Assembly: GCA_003105035.1 (NCBI GenBank)
Contig: PQAL01000042.1
Span: forward strand, 39,013 to 103,012
DNA length: 64,000 bases
Source: Anaerolineales bacterium
GTDB lineage: Bacteria; Chloroflexota; Anaerolineae; Anaerolineales; UBA4823
Reading direction: 5' to 3'
A program made the position numbers and the translations under genes. The notes beneath the pieces are model-generated. The model saw only the letters and a program-made list of their open reading frames with translations, was not told the origin of the DNA and did no database searches. Shown here in pieces: positions 27,948-37,919 of this stretch; positions within the stretch are counted from its first letter, which is position 1; the number at the start of each line of letters is the position of its first letter.

Positions 27948-29318
27948 ATGAAACACCAGATATTAATACTCGTTGGGCTCGCAACGTTGCTGTCTGCCTG
28001 CACTTCATCGGCCATTTCTGGCCCCACATCGACCTCATTACCAACCCTGCTTCCTCCACGCAGTCCCACCATTGAACTCACAGCCACACCTGCCCCGACC
28101 CTCACCAGTGAACCCACGATCAATTCCTCGCCGACTCCCACGCCTTCGCCCGTGCCGATCGCGGAACACCGCATCGGTGTCCGTTACGTGGATGGGTTGG
28201 GTGAGTTTTATGACAGGCTAGACAATGCGAAGTTTGTGCCGCGCGGCATGAATTATGCCCGTGTGGACCACATCGTTAACGGCAATCACTGGCACTCGAC
28301 GTTTGACCCTGCCCTCTATGATCCGGACGAAATCGACCGGGCGCTCCATCAAATGGAAGCGGACGGTTACAATGTGGTGCGCGTCTTTTTCGACTGCTGC
28401 TCCGCTGCTGGTCAGCAGGTCGGCAGCACCCTGCATGGACTATCCCATAGCTACATGGAGAAGGTGGTCGATTTCCTGAAGCATGCCAAACAGCACCACA
28501 TCTACGTGATCCTGATCACGGATGGGACGCCTGCTTACGGTGGCTATAATGACGCCCTGTGGAGGGCGTATACCCCTCAGATTAGCGGGAATAATCCCCG
28601 CTACCTGACCAGGGGTGGATTGGAAGCTAAGCTGGAGTTCGAAGTCGATTTTATCAGGGCCCTGATCGAGCTCCAGGCACCCATGGACGCCATCTTCGCC
28701 TATGACCTGACCAACGAAGTCCATTTTGATACCTTTGAGCCCCCATTTACTTTATCAGCCGGCCTGGTGACAACCGGAAATGGTAAAACCTATGACATGG
28801 CGGAACCGGACGAACAGGTACGTATGGCCAGCGATAACTTGATCTACTGGATCGACAACCTGCGCCAGGCCATCCTCCAGTTGGACCCAACTGCCCTGGT
28901 GGAAGCCAGCTTTTTCTCCCCCCTGGCACCCATTCCATCGCGGCTTGATGATTCGTATGTCAGCGTAACCGGGGCGGTCATCGCTGGATCGCAGGCCGAC
29001 TTCATTGAGCTGCATCCTTATCCTGGAAAAGGGTATGACTTGATGGAATATGCTGAATATTATGGGATTGAGGCGAACACCTCCAAGCCAGTATTGATGG
29101 GGGAGTTCGGTGTATGGACGAGCGACTTTGATTCGGCGGTCAGTGCGGCGCAATTCCTGCAAAACTGGCAGATCCAATCTTGCCAGTATGGCTTTGACGG
29201 CTGGCTGTTGTGGACCTGGGATACCGAGGAATCTGAAGGATTATGGAATGCATTAAGCCAGAATGGTGAGATCGAAAAAGCGCTTGCCCCGATTAACTAC
29301 CCTGACCCATGCAAATAG
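27948..29318 (+). CDS. lipoprotein glycoside hydrolase, GH5-like (TIM barrel)
   Basis: Lipobox LLSAC and a P/T/S linker. YDLTNEVHF (acid/base NE) and VLMGEFGVW (nucleophile) lie in GH5-like spacing. AAGGAGA RBS. Confidence 0.55.
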   Translation: MKHQILILVGLATLLSACTSSAISGPTSTSLPTLLPPRSPTIELTATPAPTLTSEPTINSSPTPTPSPVPIAEHRIGVRYVDGLGEFYDRLDNAKFVPRGMNYARVDHIVNGNHWHSTFDPALYDPDEIDRALHQMEADGYNVVRVFFDCCSAAGQQVGSTLHGLSHSYMEKVVDFLKHAKQHHIYVILITDGTPAYGGYNDALWRAYTPQISGNNPRYLTRGGLEAKLEFEVDFIRALIELQAPMDAIFAYDLTNEVHFDTFEPPFTLSAGLVTTGNGKTYDMAEPDEQVRMASDNLIYWIDNLRQAILQLDPTALVEASFFSPLAPIPSRLDDSYVSVTGAVIAGSQADFIELHPYPGKGYDLMEYAEYYGIEANTSKPVLMGEFGVWTSDFDSAVSAAQFLQNWQIQSCQYGFDGWLLWTWDTEESEGLWNALSQNGEIEKALAPINYPDPCK

Positions 29319-29438
29319 CGATGCAGCCACCTATGCAGAATAACACTGTCGTGGTCATAAAACATACCCTTAAATTCCCGCGGCATGTCTGCATCGTGAT
29401 GCAAGCCAAGTGTGGAAATTGTCGATGAGGTGAAGCCA

Positions 29439-31553
29439 ATGGGCAAAACCTTCTGCGCCGTAATCACCCTTGGATTTCTACTGGCAGCCTGCACGCCAAC
29501 GACGACTGTTGGCATACCAGCCAGCAGCACTCCGGGTGCTGCCAGTGCAACCGCGCCCCGGGCTTCAACTCAGCCTTACACCCAGACACCCATAAGCCCA
29601 TCTACCCAGACCAGTTCGCCATCTCCCATGGAGACTCCTGCGCCTATCCCTGAAATTTCTTTCAACCTCACCCGCTTTGCCCAGCTGGGAGGCAGCATTA
29701 AAGGCATCAGCATTGCGGGTGATGTGGCCTACGTCGGGATGGGCCCACGCCTGGCGGAGATCGATATCAGCCAGCCAGAGCAGCCAATATTAATGCGGCA
29801 AAGCGAAGCGCTACCGGGCCTGGTCACCCAGGTCCTGCAAATCTCGGAAGATACTTTATTGATCAACGCCGGCAAGTTCTTGCTGGTGATGAATGCTTCT
29901 CCCCGGGCCGAATTACGGCCGCTCGCCCAGCTCGCCCTTGAGGGAGCCATCACGGCCATGGCGTGGGATGAAGAAAGTCGCATCCTATATGCCGGTCAGT
30001 CGATCTACCAGCGCCAATCAGCCTACACTGGGCTTATCGCGGCTGCTAAACTTTCCCCGGAGAACCAGTTTACCGTGCTCAATTCAGTTACCATGCCCGA
30101 GTGGCCCATGAGCATCGCCCTGGGCAGCCAGGGTTTATATGCCGGTGCAGAAGGAGAACTGGGCGGCCTGTACTACGTCCCGGTAAGTGGCACTGGTGAG
30201 ATGTCTATCCCTAACCAGGTGATCGCTTCGACCCCTGAAGAACCGCTACAACCGCTCAGCCTGCGCGTGATCGGTGAGCGCTTATATCTATGCTACCGCG
30301 ATATCCGGGCCTATGACGTTACCAACCCGGAGGAACCTGCGAAGATCTGGACAGTTTCTTCAGGGGGAGACGTGGTGGCGGGCTTCAGTTTTGTGGGAGA
30401 TAAGGCCTACTACTTCGGCTGGACTATCCTGAGCGAGTATGTTCAGGATGTTGCTAGCTTGCCACAGCCCATCCTGGGTGACGCGGTGGGAGAAACGGTA
30501 TCTGTCACGGCTATCCATAATGGAAATTTCCTGGTTGCCTACAATGACCTTGAGATCTATGCTGACTCTGGCACATCCCCCTTGCAGCTTCTGGGCACGT
30601 ACCAGGCGCCGATAATCCACGCCATCGATGCCACTGCGAACGACCAGGCAGTGTACGTGGTTGACAACGGGCTGGGAGCCAGCAATAGCCCCGTGACATT
30701 ACGGGCTTTCAGCCTGGCCGATCTCACCCCCCTCGGGCAGGTGAAGACGGAGCTGGCCAGCTGGTACCGCTACGTTGGCATAGCGCTTGAAGGCGATAGG
30801 ATCTACCTTGCAGAAGAGCAGGCCTTATGGGTGTATGACATCCGCGCTCCCCAGCCGGTGTTGCTGGGCAAAGTGGATATTGGCCAGGGAGCGATTACCG
30901 CAATCGCAGCCATGCTGAGGGGTGGCCAGCGATTGCTGGTTGCTGCCCAGCAAGCCGAAGATGATTTAAGTGTGCTTACGCTGGTTGACCTATCCGATTG
31001 GCAAAACCCGATCAAGCTGGGCGATCCGGTTATTCTCGATCAAGGCGATTCCCAGCAAATTATTTGGGAAGGAACCCATTTGTCCGTCCGTCTGGATGGA
31101 AGCTATCACTCAAAATTCGATACGATCTACACGCTTGATTTTGATGGGCAAAGCCTGGAATTGCGTGAATCGCTCATGTTGGAAGACTATATCCACCATC
31201 TGGCAGCCAGTGAAGGCTCGCTTGCCGTGACAGGCACCCGTAGTTTTTTAAGCGAGGACTACCTCTCGATGCTCGAGCCAGGGCCGTTGAGAGAGCTATC
31301 ACAAACGACTTACCCCGATCATGGCGTGGGTTTAGCCCTGATTGGGGATTTAGCCTGGATTGTCGTCGGGGGTGATTATGGAGCGGCCCAGCTACGGGTG
31401 TATGAGGTCAGCGATCCTGTCCACCCGCAACAGGTGGAAGTAATGGATATCGCTCAAAGTGAAAACTTTACCGTTCCGATCATTGAAACCAGCGCGTATG
31501 TTGTCCTGGCGAATGGTTCCGGAGGCATCGAGCTGTTGGAATACAACCAATGA
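29439..31553 (+). CDS. lipoprotein with LVIVD-like beta-propeller repeats
   Basis: Start at ATG 29439 after GAGGTG. Lipobox LLAAC and an S/T/P linker. Repeats of the form x-Y-D-[IV]-x-x-P-x-x-P occur as EIDISQPEQP, AYDVTNPEEP, VYDIRAPQP and VYEVSDPVHP. Confidence 0.5.
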   Translation: MGKTFCAVITLGFLLAACTPTTTVGIPASSTPGAASATAPRASTQPYTQTPISPSTQTSSPSPMETPAPIPEISFNLTRFAQLGGSIKGISIAGDVAYVGMGPRLAEIDISQPEQPILMRQSEALPGLVTQVLQISEDTLLINAGKFLLVMNASPRAELRPLAQLALEGAITAMAWDEESRILYAGQSIYQRQSAYTGLIAAAKLSPENQFTVLNSVTMPEWPMSIALGSQGLYAGAEGELGGLYYVPVSGTGEMSIPNQVIASTPEEPLQPLSLRVIGERLYLCYRDIRAYDVTNPEEPAKIWTVSSGGDVVAGFSFVGDKAYYFGWTILSEYVQDVASLPQPILGDAVGETVSVTAIHNGNFLVAYNDLEIYADSGTSPLQLLGTYQAPIIHAIDATANDQAVYVVDNGLGASNSPVTLRAFSLADLTPLGQVKTELASWYRYVGIALEGDRIYLAEEQALWVYDIRAPQPVLLGKVDIGQGAITAIAAMLRGGQRLLVAAQQAEDDLSVLTLVDLSDWQNPIKLGDPVILDQGDSQQIIWEGTHLSVRLDGSYHSKFDTIYTLDFDGQSLELRESLMLEDYIHHLAASEGSLAVTGTRSFLSEDYLSMLEPGPLRELSQTTYPDHGVGLALIGDLAWIVVGGDYGAAQLRVYEVSDPVHPQQVEVMDIAQSENFTVPIIETSAYVVLANGSGGIELLEYNQ

Positions 31554-31715
31554 TCTAAAGTGATCGGCGCGTCGGAGGAATAGGGGTGAGCTAAAAAGCC
31601 CAACCTACCCTGAACGCTGACCATCCCTTCGTGCATCCAGCCTGCTCAGCAGCGGTCGCACTCGCAGCCTCACCCCTTATGTACTTGAGCAACAGGCTGT
31701 TTCCGCGCGTGGTCC

Positions 31716-34700
31716 CTACTTATTCATCCTGAGCACTGCCGGAAGCCAGATGTACTTTATGCTACGCACCGTAACCACCCGCCCATTGCCAGTGTCGGCA
31801 ATCACCAGGTCGCCATCCTGGTCAACTGCCACGCCACGTGGGGCGTTAAAAAATCCCGAGTAACCATCATTCGGCTGGTCATACGCAGCCAGGAAGTTGC
31901 CATCCAGGTCAAGCACGACAATGCGGTTATTGCCAGTATCCGCTACAGCCAGGATTCCCGGTGGGCCAAACGAAACGCTGGTGGGAGCGTTGAATCCCGA
32001 GGTAATCGAGCCGAGGTAGCTGAACGTTTCCCCATTAAAGCCAAGGATCACCAGGCGGTTATTACCCCGATCGACCACGAAAACTCGGCCACTCTGGTCT
32101 ACTGCCAGGCCCTGCGGGTCGTTGAATTGGCCCGCGCCATTGCCGTAGGTGCCGAACTCAGAAAGGAAGTCTCCCTGGCTGTTGAATGCCTGCAGGCGGT
32201 TGTTACCACTGTCAGCCACCAGGATGCGTCCGCAGCTCAGGCTGTCACCCAGGCGAGGCGTGTCGCTGATGCGGAACTCATCAATGATCGCATCGATAGT
32301 CTGCTCGCTGCTAAGATCCGTGCCAATTGCAAAGCTATCTCCCGTTGGATTCGCAGTCCCTCCACATACAGTTTGCGCCACCTGGAGTCCGTCTTCGAAG
32401 AGTGCCATCTCAGGCCCGTCCCAGGTGATGGCCAGGTGGTGCCATTCACCATTTCGCCAGTCTGCCACGTTATGTGGAGCACCGCAGCTTCCGCCACCAA
32501 AAAACCGGTCGAATACCAGGTTGCTGATCGGGTCCTTGCGCAGGTGAAAGATATTATCGCCTTCTCCCCACCAAAATAGCGTATGATTGCCGCCATCATC
32601 ACCATCCCAGATGGGTTGAATCCAGAATTCGATCGCGCCCTGTTGGTGGTTTATGTTTCCCTCAACTAAGTAGGTCAGGGTATCCGTGTCATCGATCAGC
32701 ACCCCCTGGCCGTACCGGCCTGTGTCAAAGCTAGTGCCTTGATGCGCTCCAGGTTCTCCTTGTTCACCGTTATAAGAACCGTCAAAATGGAGCAACAGCG
32801 AGGTATGCTCATCGTCTTCATAAGGACCGCCAAAGCTGCATGCCTCCCCCCAACCTGCCACGCCGCTGGGGGTCTCAAATTGGCCCGGGCCGGAACCCTG
32901 CTCACCAAATTCCAGCAGCGGTGTTCCGTCAAGCTCAGCTGTCCTTACGGAGTGGGTGTCAGTGTACACGTCGCCGGGGTGGCTGAACAGCAGGTGGTTG
33001 CTGGCCGTCATCGCCATGTACTGCGAGTACTCCAGGTGAAAGTGGACCGAGCCGACATACTTTTGGAAGGTACCGCCTCCATCCTGGCGGATCAGTGCAT
33101 AACCGTTGCGCGGGTCAAGGATGTAGCGCCCTCCATCGGATGTGATTGCCACGGAGGTAGGGTTGGTAAGGGTGGGTGCCCAGGCAAAGTTGCTGAAGCC
33201 GCTTTCGGTGCCTGTGGAGCTGACCGCGGTCACAGCGTACACCTTGCTGCCGTATGAGCCGGCTGGGTAGTTATCCTCGAAGCACATGCTATCCGTCACC
33301 TGAGCGATCTGCTCGTAGGCGAACATTGGCGCTGAAGCACGGTACACCCGGTAGCTGGAAGGCACCGGAGGTGTGCCGGGTTGCCAGCATATTTTTGCTC
33401 CATCGCCCTGTACCTGCGGGTTGCTCACCCGCGGTGCCTGGGGTGCCAGAAGGGGTGGTACATGGCTGCTAATCACAAATGTGTGACTGATCGTGTCACC
33501 CATCCAATAAGCCAGGTTGAATTCCGTGATATCCAGCCAGCGAAACTCCTCGTGGTCTTCCTGTTTCAGGCTCACCAGGAACAGGTTCTGGCTGCCGATG
33601 ATATCCACCACCCCAAAGGGATTGTCGTGAAGCACATGCCCGTTGGCGGTGGTGGTTCCGCCATTAACCGTCCTGTTGGTGAGTAGAAAACGGCCTGAGC
33701 TATCCGTGGTGCCGTTGATATCCGGCGGGTCATCAAAGGCGGATTGGCCTGTCCAATCGGGCGTGCCGTTGCGCTGCCAGAGCTTCACCTTCACATCCTG
33801 GGCCGGGTTGCCCTGGTTATCCAGCACCAGGAAATAGTTCTCGAGTGGGATGTCAAACAGGTAAGCACCGTAATAACCGTTACGGTAACCCTTATAGGTG
33901 GATGCGCCTCCCACCACATGGCTCGAGTACCGGTACCACTCCGTATGCGGCCAGATATCACCCCCGCCCATCAGGTCGGGGCGTGGCCAGGCGAAACTGA
34001 AGTTGACCGGGTTGCCCAGGTGATCGTTAACCTTTAACGCCGAAGGCTCAGCACCGATGGCGTACAGGTCGATGATCGCCACCTGGTGGCTCATCTCGTG
34101 GATCAAAGCCCAGTCAATATCCGTGGCGGGGTCATACCAGCCACTCGCCCCGTGCCGGTAGTCGGCGTTGATAAACCATCCCCCGTCTGGCCCAGGGATC
34201 GTGGGGTACGCGTTGCTTAAGGCGATCTTGTCGATCCGCACCCGTAGCGTCGCTCCATCGGGTGCCACCGGGTAGGTTGAATATTTGAAATCCCAGTTCA
34301 TCATCGTCATTTGTTTCTGGATCCAGTCCTCCGCCGACCTCGGCCACTGCGGGTCGACCGGTTCGTTGTAAGCGGTGTACATTGCCGGTGTGAAGAAGAA
34401 GTGGAAGCTCATGGCGTTGGTCGGGTCTTCCAGAGTGTTGTTACTCTCAAAGCTCTCTGAGATCAGGTCGTCCGGATCGGCGCTGAAGGCTACATTATGA
34501 TCGCCCAGCGCCTGCTGCCCGTCGGCAGACATCTCATGTCCCCAGGGCCACTTGTAGGTCGTGGTGATCTCCTGCGCAGGGGCTAAGCCCGGCAGGCTAC
34601 CACTGGCGACCTCAACGGAATCAATATACCAGGCGTAATCGAACGTCGGGCTTGGAGCGGTTCCCTTGTTGATGATGTGAGCTGTGAAGGTTACGATCTC

Positions 34701-35027
34701 TCCCTGCTCAGGCCAGCGCTGGTCTTCTTCTGTACCAGGGCATAAAAAGGGTATGCCTGGCTGGCCGGGGACGTCCCACGGATACTCGACACAGTAGGCC
34801 TGGTATAGCGGACTGCGATTGATAAAGGTGACGTCCAGGTCGATATCTTCCAGGGCGGACGAGCGCATTTCTGGAAGGGATGCCTGGAGTGTACTGGATG
34901 TATTACCGCTCGAGCTGAACGCCAGGGCACGGCTGGCTTGTTGCCCTAATAAAATGAGCAGTGTGAATGCAACCGTCAGCCCCAGGCACAAGCAAACACT
35001 GGCTAGTAGACCCCGCTTGGATTTCAT
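31716..35027 (-). CDS. giant secreted protein: CARDB-like, HExxH region, FN3-like, LamG, NHL repeats
   Basis: 1103 aa with a signal peptide. HEMSH at aa 310-314 (nt 34086-34100). LamG-like block IEFWIQP...WHHLAITWDG. At least four NHL repeats (ADSGNNRLQAF, VDRGNNRLVIL, ADTGNNRIVVL, ADTGNGRVVTV). Confidence 0.8.
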   Translation of the reverse strand: MKSKRGLLASVCLCLGLTVAFTLLILLGQQASRALAFSSSGNTSSTLQASLPEMRSSALEDIDLDVTFINRSPLYQAYCVEYPWDVPGQPGIPFLCPGTEEDQRWPEQGEIVTFTAHIINKGTAPSPTFDYAWYIDSVEVASGSLPGLAPAQEITTTYKWPWGHEMSADGQQALGDHNVAFSADPDDLISESFESNNTLEDPTNAMSFHFFFTPAMYTAYNEPVDPQWPRSAEDWIQKQMTMMNWDFKYSTYPVAPDGATLRVRIDKIALSNAYPTIPGPDGGWFINADYRHGASGWYDPATDIDWALIHEMSHQVAIIDLYAIGAEPSALKVNDHLGNPVNFSFAWPRPDLMGGGDIWPHTEWYRYSSHVVGGASTYKGYRNGYYGAYLFDIPLENYFLVLDNQGNPAQDVKVKLWQRNGTPDWTGQSAFDDPPDINGTTDSSGRFLLTNRTVNGGTTTANGHVLHDNPFGVVDIIGSQNLFLVSLKQEDHEEFRWLDITEFNLAYWMGDTISHTFVISSHVPPLLAPQAPRVSNPQVQGDGAKICWQPGTPPVPSSYRVYRASAPMFAYEQIAQVTDSMCFEDNYPAGSYGSKVYAVTAVSSTGTESGFSNFAWAPTLTNPTSVAITSDGGRYILDPRNGYALIRQDGGGTFQKYVGSVHFHLEYSQYMAMTASNHLLFSHPGDVYTDTHSVRTAELDGTPLLEFGEQGSGPGQFETPSGVAGWGEACSFGGPYEDDEHTSLLLHFDGSYNGEQGEPGAHQGTSFDTGRYGQGVLIDDTDTLTYLVEGNINHQQGAIEFWIQPIWDGDDGGNHTLFWWGEGDNIFHLRKDPISNLVFDRFFGGGSCGAPHNVADWRNGEWHHLAITWDGPEMALFEDGLQVAQTVCGGTANPTGDSFAIGTDLSSEQTIDAIIDEFRISDTPRLGDSLSCGRILVADSGNNRLQAFNSQGDFLSEFGTYGNGAGQFNDPQGLAVDQSGRVFVVDRGNNRLVILGFNGETFSYLGSITSGFNAPTSVSFGPPGILAVADTGNNRIVVLDLDGNFLAAYDQPNDGYSGFFNAPRGVAVDQDGDLVIADTGNGRVVTVRSIKYIWLPAVLRMNK

Positions 35028-35465
35028 ATGATTATCCTTTCGTATATTACCCAGAAAAAGGAACTTACTATGCTATTGAGATTAACGGGCTTTTGTTGCA
35101 GGGAGTTCCCACGTCAGGCAGAATGCCCCCATTAACAATGATTATACAGATTTTTTTCCGAAAATCAACTACATCCTGCACATTTTCGGATAAGAATGAT
35201 GCTTAAAGAATGTCAGTCCAGAAAATCACACAACTTATAACAATATGTGCTATTATTCACCAATACCAGGTCTCACAAACAATATCATTTCCGATTGCTT
35301 ATCACTATATATTGACGACACCAAGGTATAGCATTGCCAGCCCGTGATTCGAACAACGACTTCATCAGAAAGGACATAGCCTTCGAAGAAAATTAGCCCC
35401 CACATTTGAAAAACCCCCGATAAGAGAACGAGCGACTGATTTCCATAAAACACAGGAGGATAATC

Positions 35466-37289
35466 ATGAAAATCATAAAAACACTCTTATTGTTATGTGG
35501 GATTTTCGCCCTGCTTGGCTCTGGCCAGGCATCTGCGCAAATCGACCGAATATTTTCCATTAATTCATCCCCCAATATCCCAAATGATATCGATTGGTAT
35601 TTTGAAACGAACCAGGCAGGTGATACCTCACCTTTAGATCACCGCGCCCTGACTGTTGGAGACAAGTGTGATGTTAATGATGATGGCTATGATGATCTGA
35701 TCGTCGGGAAGCGTGATTACAACAGCCTGGCCCTTGATAATGGGATTGCCTGGCTTTTCCTGGGCAGCGCCAGCGGATTGCCTGCTTCCCCCAGCCTTAC
35801 TTTCAGCCCTCCCTACACAGACCAGTATGGCTTTTTTGGTGAACAGGCGAAGTGTGCCGGGGATGTTAATGGGGATGGTTATGATGACCTGATCATCTCC
35901 ATGGACAATTACGACAGCACAGCATCTGATGAGGGTGCTGTCTACGTCTATATGGGCTCCGATACTCCGGATACAACCTACGATTGGATGGCGCGTGGCA
36001 ACAACACCTATGCCCATTTTGGTGTATCGGTAGACAGTGCTGGCGATATCACCGGGGATGGGTATGATGATATTATCGTCGGCGCGAATGGCAATGATTA
36101 CGCCGGAGTCACTGCCGCATACGTCTGGTACGGTAGCGCAAGTGGTTTAGGTGCCAGCGGTTTGCCCATTAATGCCGATTGGACTGCTACGGATAGTACA
36201 TTTTCGATTGGTTTCGCCTATCAAGTACGCGGGATCGGCGATGTGAACGGCGATGGCTATGACGATGTGCTGGTTGGGGCGCATCTGTATGATGGCCCCA
36301 CTAATCAAGGTGCAGTTTTTGTGTACTACGGCTCTGACACCGGGCTGGGACTCACCGGAACAACCGCCAACGCCGACTGGATGGCTGTCGGCGAGCAGGC
36401 CAGCGCCTATTTTGGTTATGGATCAGATGGCGTTGGAGATCTAAATGATGATGGCTATGATGACCTGGCTGTAGGTGCTTACGCGTACGACAATCCAGAG
36501 GTTAACGAAGGAAAAGTCTTTGTTTGGTATGGTTCCAGTACAGGGCTGGGGGCCAACGGCACCCCTTCCAATGCCGACTGGACTGCCGAGTCGAACGTCG
36601 TAAGCGCTGTGTTAGGCTATGCGGTGGTCCCGGCTGGGGATGTGAACGGAGATGGGTATGACGATTTACTTGTGACCGCAAGTAGTTACACCGGGGGTGG
36701 CGCCTGGTTTGTGTGGACCGGCTCGGAGGCAGGACTCGGCGATAATGGCACCCCACAAAACAGTGACCGGTCTGGTTACAGTGATCAGGCTGATGCGAAC
36801 CTGGGGCGGGATAATGCGAGCGCTCTGGATGTCAATGGTGATGGCATGGATGATATTATCGTGCCCGCCAGGTTATATTCGAATGGTGAATTCTCTGAAG
36901 GGATGGTGTTTGCGTATTATAACGTGGCGATCAGTTTTAGTTCTGCCTCCTACACGATAGGCGAATCAGACACAACAGCTACGATCACAGTAACCCTCAC
37001 AAGTCCCCGGTTAGTTACCATTCAAGTGGACTTCGCCACATCCGATGGTACGGCAACTGCAGGAACAGACTATACAGCTGCATCGGGAACATTGACATTT
37101 CCCGCGGGCGAAACCAGCAAAGTCTTCACGGTGACGATTCTCTCCGACGATAAACATGAATCTACTGAAACGATCAATATAACTCTCTCATCTCCTATCA
37201 ATGCCATCTTAGGTTCACCATCGTCAGCAGTATTGACTATTTTAGATGATGACAACAATAATATTTATACGCCTATGATACGGAAATAA
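35466..37289 (+). CDS. secreted FG-GAP (integrin-alpha-like) beta-propeller protein with C-terminal Calx-beta domain
   Basis: 607 aa with a signal peptide. About seven GD[VI]NGDGYDD[LI] repeats. Calx-beta signature DGTATAGTDYTAASGTLTFPAGE. AGGAGG RBS. Confidence 0.85.
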   Translation: MKIIKTLLLLCGIFALLGSGQASAQIDRIFSINSSPNIPNDIDWYFETNQAGDTSPLDHRALTVGDKCDVNDDGYDDLIVGKRDYNSLALDNGIAWLFLGSASGLPASPSLTFSPPYTDQYGFFGEQAKCAGDVNGDGYDDLIISMDNYDSTASDEGAVYVYMGSDTPDTTYDWMARGNNTYAHFGVSVDSAGDITGDGYDDIIVGANGNDYAGVTAAYVWYGSASGLGASGLPINADWTATDSTFSIGFAYQVRGIGDVNGDGYDDVLVGAHLYDGPTNQGAVFVYYGSDTGLGLTGTTANADWMAVGEQASAYFGYGSDGVGDLNDDGYDDLAVGAYAYDNPEVNEGKVFVWYGSSTGLGANGTPSNADWTAESNVVSAVLGYAVVPAGDVNGDGYDDLLVTASSYTGGGAWFVWTGSEAGLGDNGTPQNSDRSGYSDQADANLGRDNASALDVNGDGMDDIIVPARLYSNGEFSEGMVFAYYNVAISFSSASYTIGESDTTATITVTLTSPRLVTIQVDFATSDGTATAGTDYTAASGTLTFPAGETSKVFTVTILSDDKHESTETINITLSSPINAILGSPSSAVLTILDDDNNNIYTPMIRK

Positions 37290-37919
37290 ATGGCAAATAG
37301 ATAGTTATCAAAGGAGTGATCCTTGATATCGGGGTAATTCTTATTTCGATGGTGAAGTAACAGAAAGAATAGCCTGTATTTTTAAGCCGGATTCTGGCTA
37401 AGGTCGTGATCCTAATACCATCCGACGACCGAAGCCAGAATCCTTTCTTTATGTAAACCATCATCCAGGGGCGATACTTCAACGGTCTGCTTGATGAGTA
37501 TCATGCGATCGATGCAGTCCAGGCCATTATTTATGCTTCACCGCCGAGGGGAGCGACGCTGACTGCGGGTAAAATGCAGTGTCTTTAACGGCCTGTGTGG
37601 CCTTGGTGGGAGAAAATGAAGTATCCTAAAAATGTGGTTCGGTATGAAATGTGTGAGGGGGGTGCGATTGTTTGCATAGCGGTTTGTTTTATAGCTGTTC
37701 CAGGATTATACTTGCTTAGCTCTCCCAAGTGAAATTATAAACAAGGGTAAATAAGTCGGTAATACTTTTCTTGCAGCGTTTTGAAGGGATTTTTCTATCG
37801 ATTCCATCGGCTGTGCTTTCGAATAGCTATATAATCTAGCTAACTTCATTCCCACCCGGTTTGAACGGAACTGTGTGGGTTATATTTTCGTCTTCCCCAT
37901 GATGACAAGAGGAGGCTGT

